DNA of 64,000 nt from Pseudomonadota bacterium. Lineage in GTDB: Bacteria; Pseudomonadota; Alphaproteobacteria; Rhodobacterales; Rhodobacteraceae. This document shows positions 30,905-39,887 of the stretch, piece by piece. The DNA lies in NCBI GenBank assembly GCA_039191495.1, contig JBCCXN010000015.1, positions 45,968 through 109,967 on the forward strand. Direction: 5' to 3'. The notes under the pieces were generated by a model, which was not told where the DNA came from, did no database searches, and saw only the letters and a program-made list of their open reading frames with translations. The translations under genes and the position numbers were made by a program. The number at the start of each line of letters is the position of its first letter. Positions within the stretch are counted from its first letter, which is position 1.

Positions 30905-32109
30905 GGAATAACGATGCGCGCGTCCGCGCGCAGCTGATCCAAAATGCTCTCGGATATGGCGTTCAGCCGCGCACCGCGCAACGCGTTCGCAACATCCGTT
31001 CTGTCAGCTTCTTCATTTGCTACCGATGTGCGCCCGCACAACATGAGAAAAATCAGCGTTTGACCGTTGTTTCGTGTCAGTGCGACCGAGCTTTCTCCGA
31101 TGTCGAGCTTGCTGAGTTCCAGAGCAATATCAGTCGGAATTTCTGAAGGTGCCTTGGTAACCCGTTCCAGGATTTCAGGAGGCTGGTCTTTTGCAATCCC
31201 ATAAAGGTCATTGCACACGTCCACCTCGGTGCGCAAGGACTGCGCTTGTGCCAAAGCGCGTTCGCTTCGACCACCGGGTATCAGATAAAGCGCATAGTCA
31301 ATCGCTGCGTAACTTTCGGCGACCTCACCGCTTTCCTGTATCCCGCGCAGTTGAAACAATGCGACCGCATCAGGAATTGCTATGGGTTCCGTAACCTCTC
31401 CAGGCGCCAGTGCAAGGATCACTGGACGAAGCACTGCCGGTAGATCGCTCAGGGGCTGCCAGGGCAATTGACCACCATTTTCCCGCGTGGCCGTGGCAGA
31501 ATACTCGCGCGCAAAACTGGAGAATTCGGCCTGCGACCCGGAAGCTGCGATCGCGCTTGCGACTTCTTCGACCTCTTGTTCGCGACCGGCCGGCACGGGG
31601 ATGATGATCTCGGACAACAAAACGCGGATATCCGTCGTTCCGCGCCCGCTGCCAAGCGCCTGATCAATCTCAGTTTCTGTCACTTGCAGTCTGGGAACGT
31701 ACCGCGCGCGGATGTAATCGCGCCATGTCACGCCTATTATCACGAAGTTTTCGAATGTTTCCTTTGCGATGCCGTTTTCTTCAAGAACGACAATAAATTC
31801 TTCGGCGCTCAGATCCACGCGCCCGGCAAACTCTTCAAGACCCGCCTCAATCGTTTCTTCGCTTACCGCAAAACCGACGCTGGCGATGCCCTGGGTGCGC
31901 AAGCGATCATCGATCAATGCCTCAATCACCGCCTCCCTGGACGCTCCGGGTGCATTGAGAAGGCTGAGAAACAGTTGCCGCTGCTCGATTTCAAATTCGG
32001 TAATGACACTGTCGTTCACCAAAATCGAAGGGCTAAAGAGGCTCTGCGCCATAACAGGCCCGCACGAAACGATCATCAATATGAAGGCGCACACATGTTT
32101 GAGGGTCAT
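30901..32109 (-). CDS. surA: SurA-like periplasmic chaperone / peptidyl-prolyl isomerase
   Basis: Start at MTLKHVCAFILMIVSCGPVMAQ (signal peptide, ATG 32109), SurA N-terminal-type domain. Sits in the conserved lptD-surA-pdxA-rsmA order. Confidence 0.8.
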   Translation of the reverse strand: MTLKHVCAFILMIVSCGPVMAQSLFSPSILVNDSVITEFEIEQRQLFLSLLNAPGASREAVIEALIDDRLRTQGIASVGFAVSEETIEAGLEEFAGRVDLSAEEFIVVLEENGIAKETFENFVIIGVTWRDYIRARYVPRLQVTETEIDQALGSGRGTTDIRVLLSEIIIPVPAGREQEVEEVASAIAASGSQAEFSSFAREYSATATRENGGQLPWQPLSDLPAVLRPVILALAPGEVTEPIAIPDAVALFQLRGIQESGEVAESYAAIDYALYLIPGGRSERALAQAQSLRTEVDVCNDLYGIAKDQPPEILERVTKAPSEIPTDIALELSKLDIGESSVALTRNNGQTLIFLMLCGRTSVANEEADRTDVANALRGARLNAISESILDQLRADARIVIP

Positions 32110-32119
32110 TGGTTTCTGA

Positions 32120-34237
32120 TTATCCGCATGATTTTGTTGTCGTCTGCTCGCTGGTTCGGGCCGAAAACCCACGCAACCCGATGGTTAAGCCGAAACTGGT
32201 GGACGGCTCAAGGCTTGAAGACGAGGTATATCGCCGACGCACCGAAAAATCGACCTCCACGCATTCGTTAAAATAGACGAGGCTCAGGCCGGCGGTGGAC
32301 GAACGGTTTTCCACCATGTCATAGCGCCAGTCGGCGTTGGCGACCCAGCTGTCAGAAACGTTGTACCGCCCATCGAGATATATCTCCGACGTGTCAAGGG
32401 ACCGGCCTTCGACCTCGTCTTTGATCAGCCAGATATAGCTGCCTGAAACCGCCATCTTCGGGCGCACATATTGTCCCAGAACTTCTGCTTTCGTGAAGTC
32501 GAAACTGCTGTCAAAGAGCGTGCGTGCGGTGAACGCCAAACCATTCAGTGTTCTGAGCTGTCCTGCGATGAGGTAGTCGGATTCGGTGCCGGACAGGCCG
32601 GAAGACCGCGTAAAGTCTTCGTCTGCCTCATTGCGGAATACCTGACCGAGGGTCATTGCACCCTCCCATCCCGACGGTGTGACACGAGACCAGTTTACGC
32701 CGAATGCTCCGACGGTGCCGCGTTCGCGTCGGTCGGGTGCGGGAAAGCGTGAAAGCGCCAACAGGTTGCCATCGTCAAAGTCCACGAGCGTGCTTTCTTC
32801 GTTCGGAATGTTCAATTGCGAGGATCCGGTCCACGCCAATTGTGCAATGGGTTCCAGAAAATCCGTTGCGCCGCTCTCCGTTACCCGTGTCATAGGGTAC
32901 CGGAATGCAACCGTTGTGTAGGGTGTGAATTGGGTCTGGTTCTGCTCGAACGAACTATCCTGCGTGATGTTGAAGATGTCTCCCGCCAGACCAACGCGTG
33001 CTTCGCTGCGAACACCGCCAGGCAGGATAAAACCACGCAGGTATTCCGCTTCTGTGTTAATGCGCGAAACATCCCGTCCAATGACATCGTCGCTTGAAGG
33101 ACGTATGTGGCTGTGTCCGTTCACGTAAAGACGAAATTCTCCACCGACATTGGGCACATCGTAGCGGCGCTCATAAAAGACATCGGCGATGTATTTTTGG
33201 ATCGTATCGGCGTCTTCGTCATCGCGCAGCGAGTCGAAAACGAAAAACGACCCTGATATGAACTCGTCGCGTTCCGCGCGGGAAATCGAAAGCCAGTTGA
33301 CCAAGCGGTCGGCTTCGGAAATGCCGTAGTTTTGCAGATACGCATCATCTGAGGCCCATTGAATCTGAAACGATAGACCAAAATCGTTCGGCAATCTGAA
33401 ATTGCCATTGCCGAACACGTAACCGCGGGTCTCGCCAGATCTTTCGTCATCGCGGCTGACAGCGGTATCAAACTGGATGCGGCCATTCACAAACGCCTGC
33501 CTGTACCGCAGCTCAAGCGTGGTCGTGCGGCTTGATAAATAGGGCGTTACGGTGATGTCGCGATCATCTCCGATTGGAATGAAATAGGGGATTTTTAACC
33601 CAAATCCCAATTCGGACGTTGCGCGGTAAGATGGGAACAGAAACCCGCGCGCACGATCCACTGTCGGGTCCGGAAACCGCAGCCTTGGGATATAGGCAAC
33701 GGGAATATTGCGGATCCGGAACTGCGCCTGATCGAAGTACAACTGACCTTCCTGCCTGTCATGAATGATTCTTTTGGCGCGAATCTGCCAAAGCGGCGGT
33801 TTTCCGTCCTCGCATACGTCGCATGAAGTGACGGCGGTCTTGTAAAGCTGGCTGTAGCGATCGTTGACACGATGCATCTGGGCGGCAGTCAATTGCAACT
33901 GCTCTGCAATGACAACCTGTGCGCTTTGCAAAATACCGGACCTCAAGTTCGCATCAAGATCCGCGGCGCTGGCCAAAACCGTGATGTCTTCGCCGTCCCT
34001 GTATCTGATAGGCCCTATGATCGAAAGTTCACCGGTCACGCGATCATAACGAATTTCTTCCGCCTGAACTCGGACAAGGCCCTGGAAAACTTCCACGTTG
34101 CCACGCGCGATCAGCACGCGGTTTTCGGTGATAAACACCTCATCAGCGACGAGATAAGAGGGTTGTGGTGGCGCGTCTTGCGCCAGCACCCATCCCGGCC
34201 ACAGTAGCAAGACTATGAAGACGAGCGCGCGTCGCAT
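32120..34237 (-). CDS. lptD: LPS-assembly outer-membrane protein LptD
   Basis: Start at MRRALVFIVLLLWPGWVLAQD (ATG 34237, signal peptide). OstA-like N-domain plus a large beta-barrel ending in an aromatic-rich C-terminus. The track ORF is over-extended by 90 codons. Confidence 0.88.
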   Translation of the reverse strand: MRRALVFIVLLLWPGWVLAQDAPPQPSYLVADEVFITENRVLIARGNVEVFQGLVRVQAEEIRYDRVTGELSIIGPIRYRDGEDITVLASAADLDANLRSGILQSAQVVIAEQLQLTAAQMHRVNDRYSQLYKTAVTSCDVCEDGKPPLWQIRAKRIIHDRQEGQLYFDQAQFRIRNIPVAYIPRLRFPDPTVDRARGFLFPSYRATSELGFGLKIPYFIPIGDDRDITVTPYLSSRTTTLELRYRQAFVNGRIQFDTAVSRDDERSGETRGYVFGNGNFRLPNDFGLSFQIQWASDDAYLQNYGISEADRLVNWLSISRAERDEFISGSFFVFDSLRDDEDADTIQKYIADVFYERRYDVPNVGGEFRLYVNGHSHIRPSSDDVIGRDVSRINTEAEYLRGFILPGGVRSEARVGLAGDIFNITQDSSFEQNQTQFTPYTTVAFRYPMTRVTESGATDFLEPIAQLAWTGSSQLNIPNEESTLVDFDDGNLLALSRFPAPDRRERGTVGAFGVNWSRVTPSGWEGAMTLGQVFRNEADEDFTRSSGLSGTESDYLIAGQLRTLNGLAFTARTLFDSSFDFTKAEVLGQYVRPKMAVSGSYIWLIKDEVEGRSLDTSEIYLDGRYNVSDSWVANADWRYDMVENRSSTAGLSLVYFNECVEVDFSVRRRYTSSSSLEPSTSFGLTIGLRGFSARTSEQTTTKSCG

Positions 34238-35334
34238 CAGCCGTCTTCCTTGTGCAAAAGTGGACCGAATGCCAGCAGAATGGAGGCGATGGGCGGCGCC
34301 CACGCGGCCAGATAAACAGACAGTTGGCCATTCTCTCCCAGGATCAGCACGAAGCTTCGCAGGAAATAAAGTGCAAATCCCAGCAAGACCGCTGACATTA
34401 CTGCGATACCGGTGCCGCCCGCGCGCGCGTGACGCATGGTGAAGGCGCCCGCAACCAGCACCATCGCCATCATAAAGAGAGGGCGCGCCACTTCGGACTG
34501 TAACCAAACCCGATGCTGAATCGAAGAAAACCCTGCGCGATCAAGCTGGTCAATGAAGTCCTGAAGCTTCCAGATCGAAATCGTGCTTGGGCGCCCGAAA
34601 CTTTCCCGGATGCCTTCGATGGTGAGTGATGACGGAATGACAAGCGTTTCATGTTCTGTCGCATTGCCCTCGGCATTCAATTCTCGCGCCAGCGGCCAAG
34701 ATTTCGCATTGCGCAAACGCCATTCTCCAGCGTGCAATGTCGCACTCGCCGCCTCGATACGCCAGATCGGCGAGCCCGGATCTTCGTAAGCCAGAAAGGT
34801 TACATCATAGAGCACCGAGCCGTCGTTATTGGACCGCCACGCGCGGATCACCATCTGCCCGTCAGCCGTGGGTTGCCGTAGCCACAGCCCTTCACTGGAA
34901 ATAGACAGCGTCGATGCGCTGCCTGATCGATAATTCTCGGTCAGCCATTCATACTTTTTTGAGGTTCCGGCGACAATCGGGTTGAGCATGGTGGTGGCGA
35001 AAATCCCGATCAGAAACGTTACGCCGACCGGCGCCATAAGTGCCGAAATTGCAGACCGACCTGCAGCGCGTGTGGCCACGAGTTCGGATGATCGCGACAA
35101 ACTCACGAAAAAGGCAATTGTGCCCAACAAAACGATCAGCGGTAGTACAAGGTTGAGCGTTGCGGGCAGGTTGAGGAGCGTCAGCTCAAAGATCTGGCCC
35201 GCGGCCACGCCACGTTCGGCAAACCGCCGGGTTTGATCGACGAGATCAACCAGAACGATGAGCGTCAGAATAGCCACAAAGACGATGCCCAGCCATCCCG
35301 CGAAGCGGCGTGCGAAATAGAAGTGCAGGGTCAA
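34237..35334 (-). CDS. lptG: LPS export ABC permease LptG
   Basis: 365-aa YjgP/YjgQ-type permease. Start assigned to the TTG in the TTGA overlap with the lptF stop (product MTLHFYFARRFAGW). Its stop overlaps the lptD ATG (TGATG). The track ORF is 90 codons too long. Confidence 0.85.
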   Translation of the reverse strand: MTLHFYFARRFAGWLGIVFVAILTLIVLVDLVDQTRRFAERGVAAGQIFELTLLNLPATLNLVLPLIVLLGTIAFFVSLSRSSELVATRAAGRSAISALMAPVGVTFLIGIFATTMLNPIVAGTSKKYEWLTENYRSGSASTLSISSEGLWLRQPTADGQMVIRAWRSNNDGSVLYDVTFLAYEDPGSPIWRIEAASATLHAGEWRLRNAKSWPLARELNAEGNATEHETLVIPSSLTIEGIRESFGRPSTISIWKLQDFIDQLDRAGFSSIQHRVWLQSEVARPLFMMAMVLVAGAFTMRHARAGGTGIAVMSAVLLGFALYFLRSFVLILGENGQLSVYLAAWAPPIASILLAFGPLLHKEDG

Positions 35335-36458
35335 GCAGGTGCCCTCCGCCTGCCGATGAATCCACCGCTTGGCCGGGCTGCCAACCAGAGCATGCAGACC
35401 ACAAGAAACCCGCCAACGGCCGATGGAAGGTACAGCAGCGGCCACATATTGGGGTCCTTTCGGACAGGGCTTTGCAATGTACTGCCAATCCCGTCGATCA
35501 AGACGAGCAAAAGAAAGGCAAACATGACCTCTCGCCAGATCCCAAAGCGCGAATATCCGCCCAAAAGCAGTGTCGAGAAACCGATCAGCGCCGCAACGAC
35601 GCAAAAAATCGGGTCGGCAAAGCGCGAGTGGAACGTCTCAGAAATCTTGCCTACACTGTCACCGGTCACAAGAGACAAGTCTTGCCAAGGTACAAGCAAG
35701 GCTGCCGTCGTCATCTTGGTCGGGTCGAGGCGCAGGTTCACGTTGTTTTGGACCAGGGATGTAATGTCGAACGAGAAATCGCGGAAGTTGGCTGTCGACA
35801 GGCGGTTTGTTTCCTGGGTGAGGCGTTGTGCGATCCCATCGACCATGATCAGCGTGGTCGCGGCTCCGTTGCGGATCAGGTAAGCTTTGGCTGCAGTGTA
35901 GATAACGCCTTCGGCCGGATCACGCCGATCGGAGAGGAACACGTCGCGCAAAGTACCATCTTCTTCAATCGTTTGAGTGAAAAAAGTGATCCCGTTTGAC
36001 GGGTGTAGGAATCGTCCTTCGGTCAGCAGTTGTGCCGTTGTATTCTGCGTGATTTCTGTTTGGCGAACAGTCAGTTGCTGCTCTGACAGAGGATTCAGCA
36101 CATGATGCAGCACAGAGGCCATGAAAAAGACGATCAGTCCAAACACAAGCACAGGTCGCGCAAGCCGGAAAGGGCCCGATCCCGTGGCCTGTATCACCGT
36201 CAACTCGCTCTCACTGCTCATGCGGTTGGTCACGTAAACCGATGCCGCAAAAGTTGCGATCGGCAGGACGGTCGCAATCAGCTTGGGCAGACCAAGAGCC
36301 GTGAACTCCAGAAAAACAAGCGCAGACTGGCCATCGCTGATCAACTGATCAAAGAGGGACACACCACGGTTAATCCACAGGACGGCGACCAGAACAAGAG
36401 AAAAGAAACCGAAGAGGATGAGGAATTGCGACAGCATGTATCTGTCGAGTTTGACCAC
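35331..36458 (-). CDS. lptF: LPS export ABC permease LptF
   Basis: YjgP/YjgQ-type permease. Start placed at GTG 36458 (product MVKLDRYMLSQF), which has AGAGGGA 6 nt upstream. The alternative GTG is at 36476. Confidence 0.85.
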   Translation of the reverse strand: MVKLDRYMLSQFLILFGFFSLVLVAVLWINRGVSLFDQLISDGQSALVFLEFTALGLPKLIATVLPIATFAASVYVTNRMSSESELTVIQATGSGPFRLARPVLVFGLIVFFMASVLHHVLNPLSEQQLTVRQTEITQNTTAQLLTEGRFLHPSNGITFFTQTIEEDGTLRDVFLSDRRDPAEGVIYTAAKAYLIRNGAATTLIMVDGIAQRLTQETNRLSTANFRDFSFDITSLVQNNVNLRLDPTKMTTAALLVPWQDLSLVTGDSVGKISETFHSRFADPIFCVVAALIGFSTLLLGGYSRFGIWREVMFAFLLLVLIDGIGSTLQSPVRKDPNMWPLLYLPSAVGGFLVVCMLWLAARPSGGFIGRRRAPA

Positions 36459-36594
36459 CCCGATTCCCTCTTTCACCCGTTTCTTTTGGTTCCTTGCACC
36501 CTAGCGGAAACTCTGCGGACCGCAAACTGCTATCTGGCCTTTAGCGGTGCGGCGCGCTAGGTGCTTGGAGAGCTCAAAAAAGAAAGCCAATGCT

Positions 36595-38067
36595 ATGACC
36601 GCGCCCACTCCCGTCTCGTTTGCCGAAACCGACATCGAACGTCTTGCCGGACATGAAGGGCGCGTCGCGTTGTTCACTGATGAAACCGGCCGAATGGATG
36701 TCGCGGCGCGGCGGGTAAACCGGCTCACCAAAGGTGCGCTGAAACGCGCTCTTGAGACCAAGGCGGAGGCCGGGCTGAAGCCGGGCGATGTGTTTTCGCT
36801 CGCGTATCCGGCGGGCATGCAGGCCGAAGCTGTCGACGTGATGTGTGTTCCGCGCAGCAGTACTGTCCACAAAGCCCGCGCTGCAGGTGCAAAAGTTGGC
36901 CGCAACCGCGGCAAAGCGGATTTGCTGATGGCGCTTGGCAATTCGAAGTGGGCCGCTGACATGACCTTTGGCACCATGCTGCGCGACTACAGCTTTCAGG
37001 ATCACAAAACCGCAGCCGAGGCACCCGTCGGATCCGTCACAGTCATGTGCAATGATCCAGCGGCAGTAGAAGCTGCGGCGGCGCCGCTTCAGGCCGTTGC
37101 GGAAGGTACATTTTTCACCCGCGATCTGGTCAATGAGCCTGCAAATATCCTGACGACGACCAGTTTTGCTGAACGTCTTGCAGAGATGGAGAGCATTGGT
37201 CTGACGGTCGAGGTTCTCGAAGAAGACCAGCTTGCAGAGATTGGGATGCGGACACTGCTTGCGGTCGGGCAGGGGTCGGCCAGCCCGTCCAAGGTCGTTG
37301 TCATGCAATGGAACGGAGGCGCGGATGGTGTCGCGCCGCTTGCACTCGTTGGCAAGGGCGTCGTCTTCGACACGGGCGGTATTAGTCTGAAACCCGCAGG
37401 CGGCATGGAAGATATGACCATGGACATGGGGGGCGCGGGCACCGTCGCGGGCGTGATGCGCGCTGTGGCGCTGCGCAAAGCCAAGGCCAATGTCATCGGG
37501 ATCGTCGGTTTGGTAGAAAACATGCCCTCGGGCACGGCCATTCGCCCTGGTGATGTGGTCACGTCCATGAAAGGAGATACCGTTGAGATCCTCAACACAG
37601 ACGCGGAAGGCCGCTTGGTGCTGTGTGACGCGCTTTGGTACGCGCAAGAGCGCTTTGCGCCTGCCGGCATCGTTGATTTGGCGACGCTCACGGGTGCCAT
37701 CATCATCGGTTTGGGTCATGAGAATGCCGGAGTCTTCTCCAATGACGATGACTTCTGCAAAGCCTTTTTGAAAGCGGCTGAAACAGAGGGCGAAGGTGCT
37801 TGGCGCATGCCGCTGGGTCAGGCGTATGATGACCTGCTGAAATCACCTATCGCCGACATGAAAAACATCGGCGGCCGCGCGGCCGGATCCGTAACGGCGG
37901 CTCAGTTCCTGCAGCGCTTCATCAAGGAAGACATGCCCTGGATTCACCTCGATATTGCCGGCGTTGCGTCCGTGAAGTCGGAGACAGCCCTTGCCCCAAA
38001 AGGTGCGACGGGTTGGGGCGTGCGCGCGCTCGACCGGTTGATCGCGAACAATTACGAAACGGAGTGA
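36595..38067 (+). CDS. pepA: leucyl aminopeptidase
   Basis: Start at MTAPTPVSF (ATG 36595). M17 signature NTDAEGRLVLCDAL and VGKGVVFDTGG. Confidence 0.93.
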   Translation: MTAPTPVSFAETDIERLAGHEGRVALFTDETGRMDVAARRVNRLTKGALKRALETKAEAGLKPGDVFSLAYPAGMQAEAVDVMCVPRSSTVHKARAAGAKVGRNRGKADLLMALGNSKWAADMTFGTMLRDYSFQDHKTAAEAPVGSVTVMCNDPAAVEAAAAPLQAVAEGTFFTRDLVNEPANILTTTSFAERLAEMESIGLTVEVLEEDQLAEIGMRTLLAVGQGSASPSKVVVMQWNGGADGVAPLALVGKGVVFDTGGISLKPAGGMEDMTMDMGGAGTVAGVMRAVALRKAKANVIGIVGLVENMPSGTAIRPGDVVTSMKGDTVEILNTDAEGRLVLCDALWYAQERFAPAGIVDLATLTGAIIIGLGHENAGVFSNDDDFCKAFLKAAETEGEGAWRMPLGQAYDDLLKSPIADMKNIGGRAAGSVTAAQFLQRFIKEDMPWIHLDIAGVASVKSETALAPKGATGWGVRALDRLIANNYETE

Positions 38068-38070
38068 GAC

Positions 38071-38547
38071 TTGGGCAAGGTGATGTTCTACCACCTGAGC
38101 CGTCGCCCGATGGAAGACACGCTGCAGATGCTGCTGGGCAAGGCGCTGAAGGCAGGCTGGCGCGTGTCAGTGCGCGGTCGCGATGACCCGCGCATGGACT
38201 GGCTTGACGAAAAACTATGGTTGGGTGCCGACGATGTTTTCTTGCCTCACGGACGCTCGGGCGGTCCGCACGATGCGTTGCAACCCGTTCTTTTGACAAC
38301 AAATGCGGATCGGCCTAACGGGGCGACCTGTGTTATGTCGGTGGATGGTGCAGACGTCAGCGCCATTGAAATCAACGAGCTTGACCGTGTGTGCGTTCTG
38401 TTTGATGGCAACGATGTGGACGCGCTGCAAGTTGCGCGCGCCCAATGGAAAACGCTGACGGCGGCAGGCGTCGAAGCCGAATACTGGTCTGAAGACGGCG
38501 GCCGCTGGGAGAAAAAAGCGCAGTCTGGCGGGCGATCTACCGCGTGA
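38071..38547 (+). CDS. holC: DNA polymerase III subunit chi
   Basis: MFYHL...LLGKALKAGWRV...LDEKLW...FLPHG pattern, directly after pepA as in many proteobacteria. Start is TTG 38071 (GGAG 6 nt upstream) or ATG 38083. Confidence 0.85.
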   Translation: MGKVMFYHLSRRPMEDTLQMLLGKALKAGWRVSVRGRDDPRMDWLDEKLWLGADDVFLPHGRSGGPHDALQPVLLTTNADRPNGATCVMSVDGADVSAIEINELDRVCVLFDGNDVDALQVARAQWKTLTAAGVEAEYWSEDGGRWEKKAQSGGRSTA

Positions 38548-39118
38548 GGGTCAGTGTGTCCCCAGCAATCTCGATGCTTCCCCATTTTTGCAAATACGTC
38601 ATGCCCAGAAGAGACGCAGGCATGTCACCTTGATTGACAACGGCAGCAACATTGGTGTCCGTAACCGGACCCAGCGCAACGCTGTCGAGCCGGACGGGGG
38701 CTGTTCTCACCTCGCCATTGGCCGTCATAGCCCGGTTCACATAGGCCAGATCATCAGGCTGCAGTCCTGCTGTGGCCGCGTCCGTCTTGGTCAGAACCAG
38801 CGATGTTGCGCCCGTGTCCAGCACAAAGCGGACGGCCGCGCCGTTAACGGCCATATTCACATAGTAGTGGCCATCCGGGCTGCGTGGCACCTCAATCCGG
38901 CCCTCATTGCTATAAACGGATTGTTGTGGGCGAACTTCGCGAGAAATGTCATCCCACAAACCGTAGGCCGCGATAGCCCCGCCAAAAAGGAAAAACCAGA
39001 TCGCGGCCTGCTGCAGCGTCTTGTTCCAAGAGGTTCTGCCTTGTGCGATAAACCAGCCGATCACCATCGCCCCCAGCACAATGAGGTAAATCAGCCGTCC
39101 TATATCAAAACTGTCCAC
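38537..39118 (-). CDS. membrane-anchored retropepsin-like (clan AA) aspartic protease, TIGR02281-type
   Basis: GTG start with AAAGGGA SD, two N-terminal TM helices, FVLDTGATSLVL active-site D-T-G motif. Confidence 0.8.
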   Translation of the reverse strand: MDSFDIGRLIYLIVLGAMVIGWFIAQGRTSWNKTLQQAAIWFFLFGGAIAAYGLWDDISREVRPQQSVYSNEGRIEVPRSPDGHYYVNMAVNGAAVRFVLDTGATSLVLTKTDAATAGLQPDDLAYVNRAMTANGEVRTAPVRLDSVALGPVTDTNVAAVVNQGDMPASLLGMTYLQKWGSIEIAGDTLTLTR

Positions 39119-39162
39119 GAAACGTCCCTTTCCGTACTCATATAAGCACTGCTCTGGTCATG

Positions 39163-39789
39163 TCAGCCCGCGCCGGGGACAAATCCGAAAGCTGCCAGCC
39201 CATCCAACACGAATTGGACCGAAAGAGCAGCCAGCAACATGCCCAAAAGCCGTGTTACAACCGTGATACCGGTTTTTCCCAACGCGCGTTCCATTGGTCC
39301 GGCCACCATGAACAGCCCAAGCACGATGACCATGACCAGACCGGTTACACCCAGTACCGTCGCCGTGCCCTCCAGACCCGGCTGCTGACCCATCAGCAGA
39401 ATAACAGAGGCGATGGAACCCGGGCCGGCAATAAGGGGTATGGCCAGGGGAAAGACGGATGGATCTTCGCGATCTTCATCGTCAGAACGGTCTTCGCGCC
39501 GTTTCGTGCGCCTTTCAAACAACATGTCCAGTGCGGTCAGAAACAGGAGGATGCCGCCTGCCACTCGAAAGGCGGGCATGGAAATGCCGATGAATTCCAG
39601 AAGTGTCTCCCCGAAGATTGCAAAAACCAAAAGGAGGGCGACTGCAATGAGTGTTGCGCGAAACGCGATACGGCGTCGGGCCTGATCCGGCATGCCCAGC
39701 GTTAACGCAACAAACAGGGGCGCAAGACCTATCGGATCAATGACAACAAACATCGTCACGAAGGCAGTGATCAGAAAACCGGTGTCCAT
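39163..39789 (-). CDS. MarC-family (UPF0056/NAAT) membrane protein
   Basis: 208 aa, six hydrophobic segments, FVVIDPIG N-terminal motif typical of MarC. Confidence 0.82.
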   Translation of the reverse strand: MDTGFLITAFVTMFVVIDPIGLAPLFVALTLGMPDQARRRIAFRATLIAVALLLVFAIFGETLLEFIGISMPAFRVAGGILLFLTALDMLFERRTKRREDRSDDEDREDPSVFPLAIPLIAGPGSIASVILLMGQQPGLEGTATVLGVTGLVMVIVLGLFMVAGPMERALGKTGITVVTRLLGMLLAALSVQFVLDGLAAFGFVPGAG

Positions 39790-39887
39790 GCAGTATTTTG
39801 TTCCTCAAGTGTGTGATCAAGCCCGCAGGCGAGCTGGGATTGCACTCTAAACACTGCTTTGTGCGCAGAGCTCTCGCCAAGGTCGCG

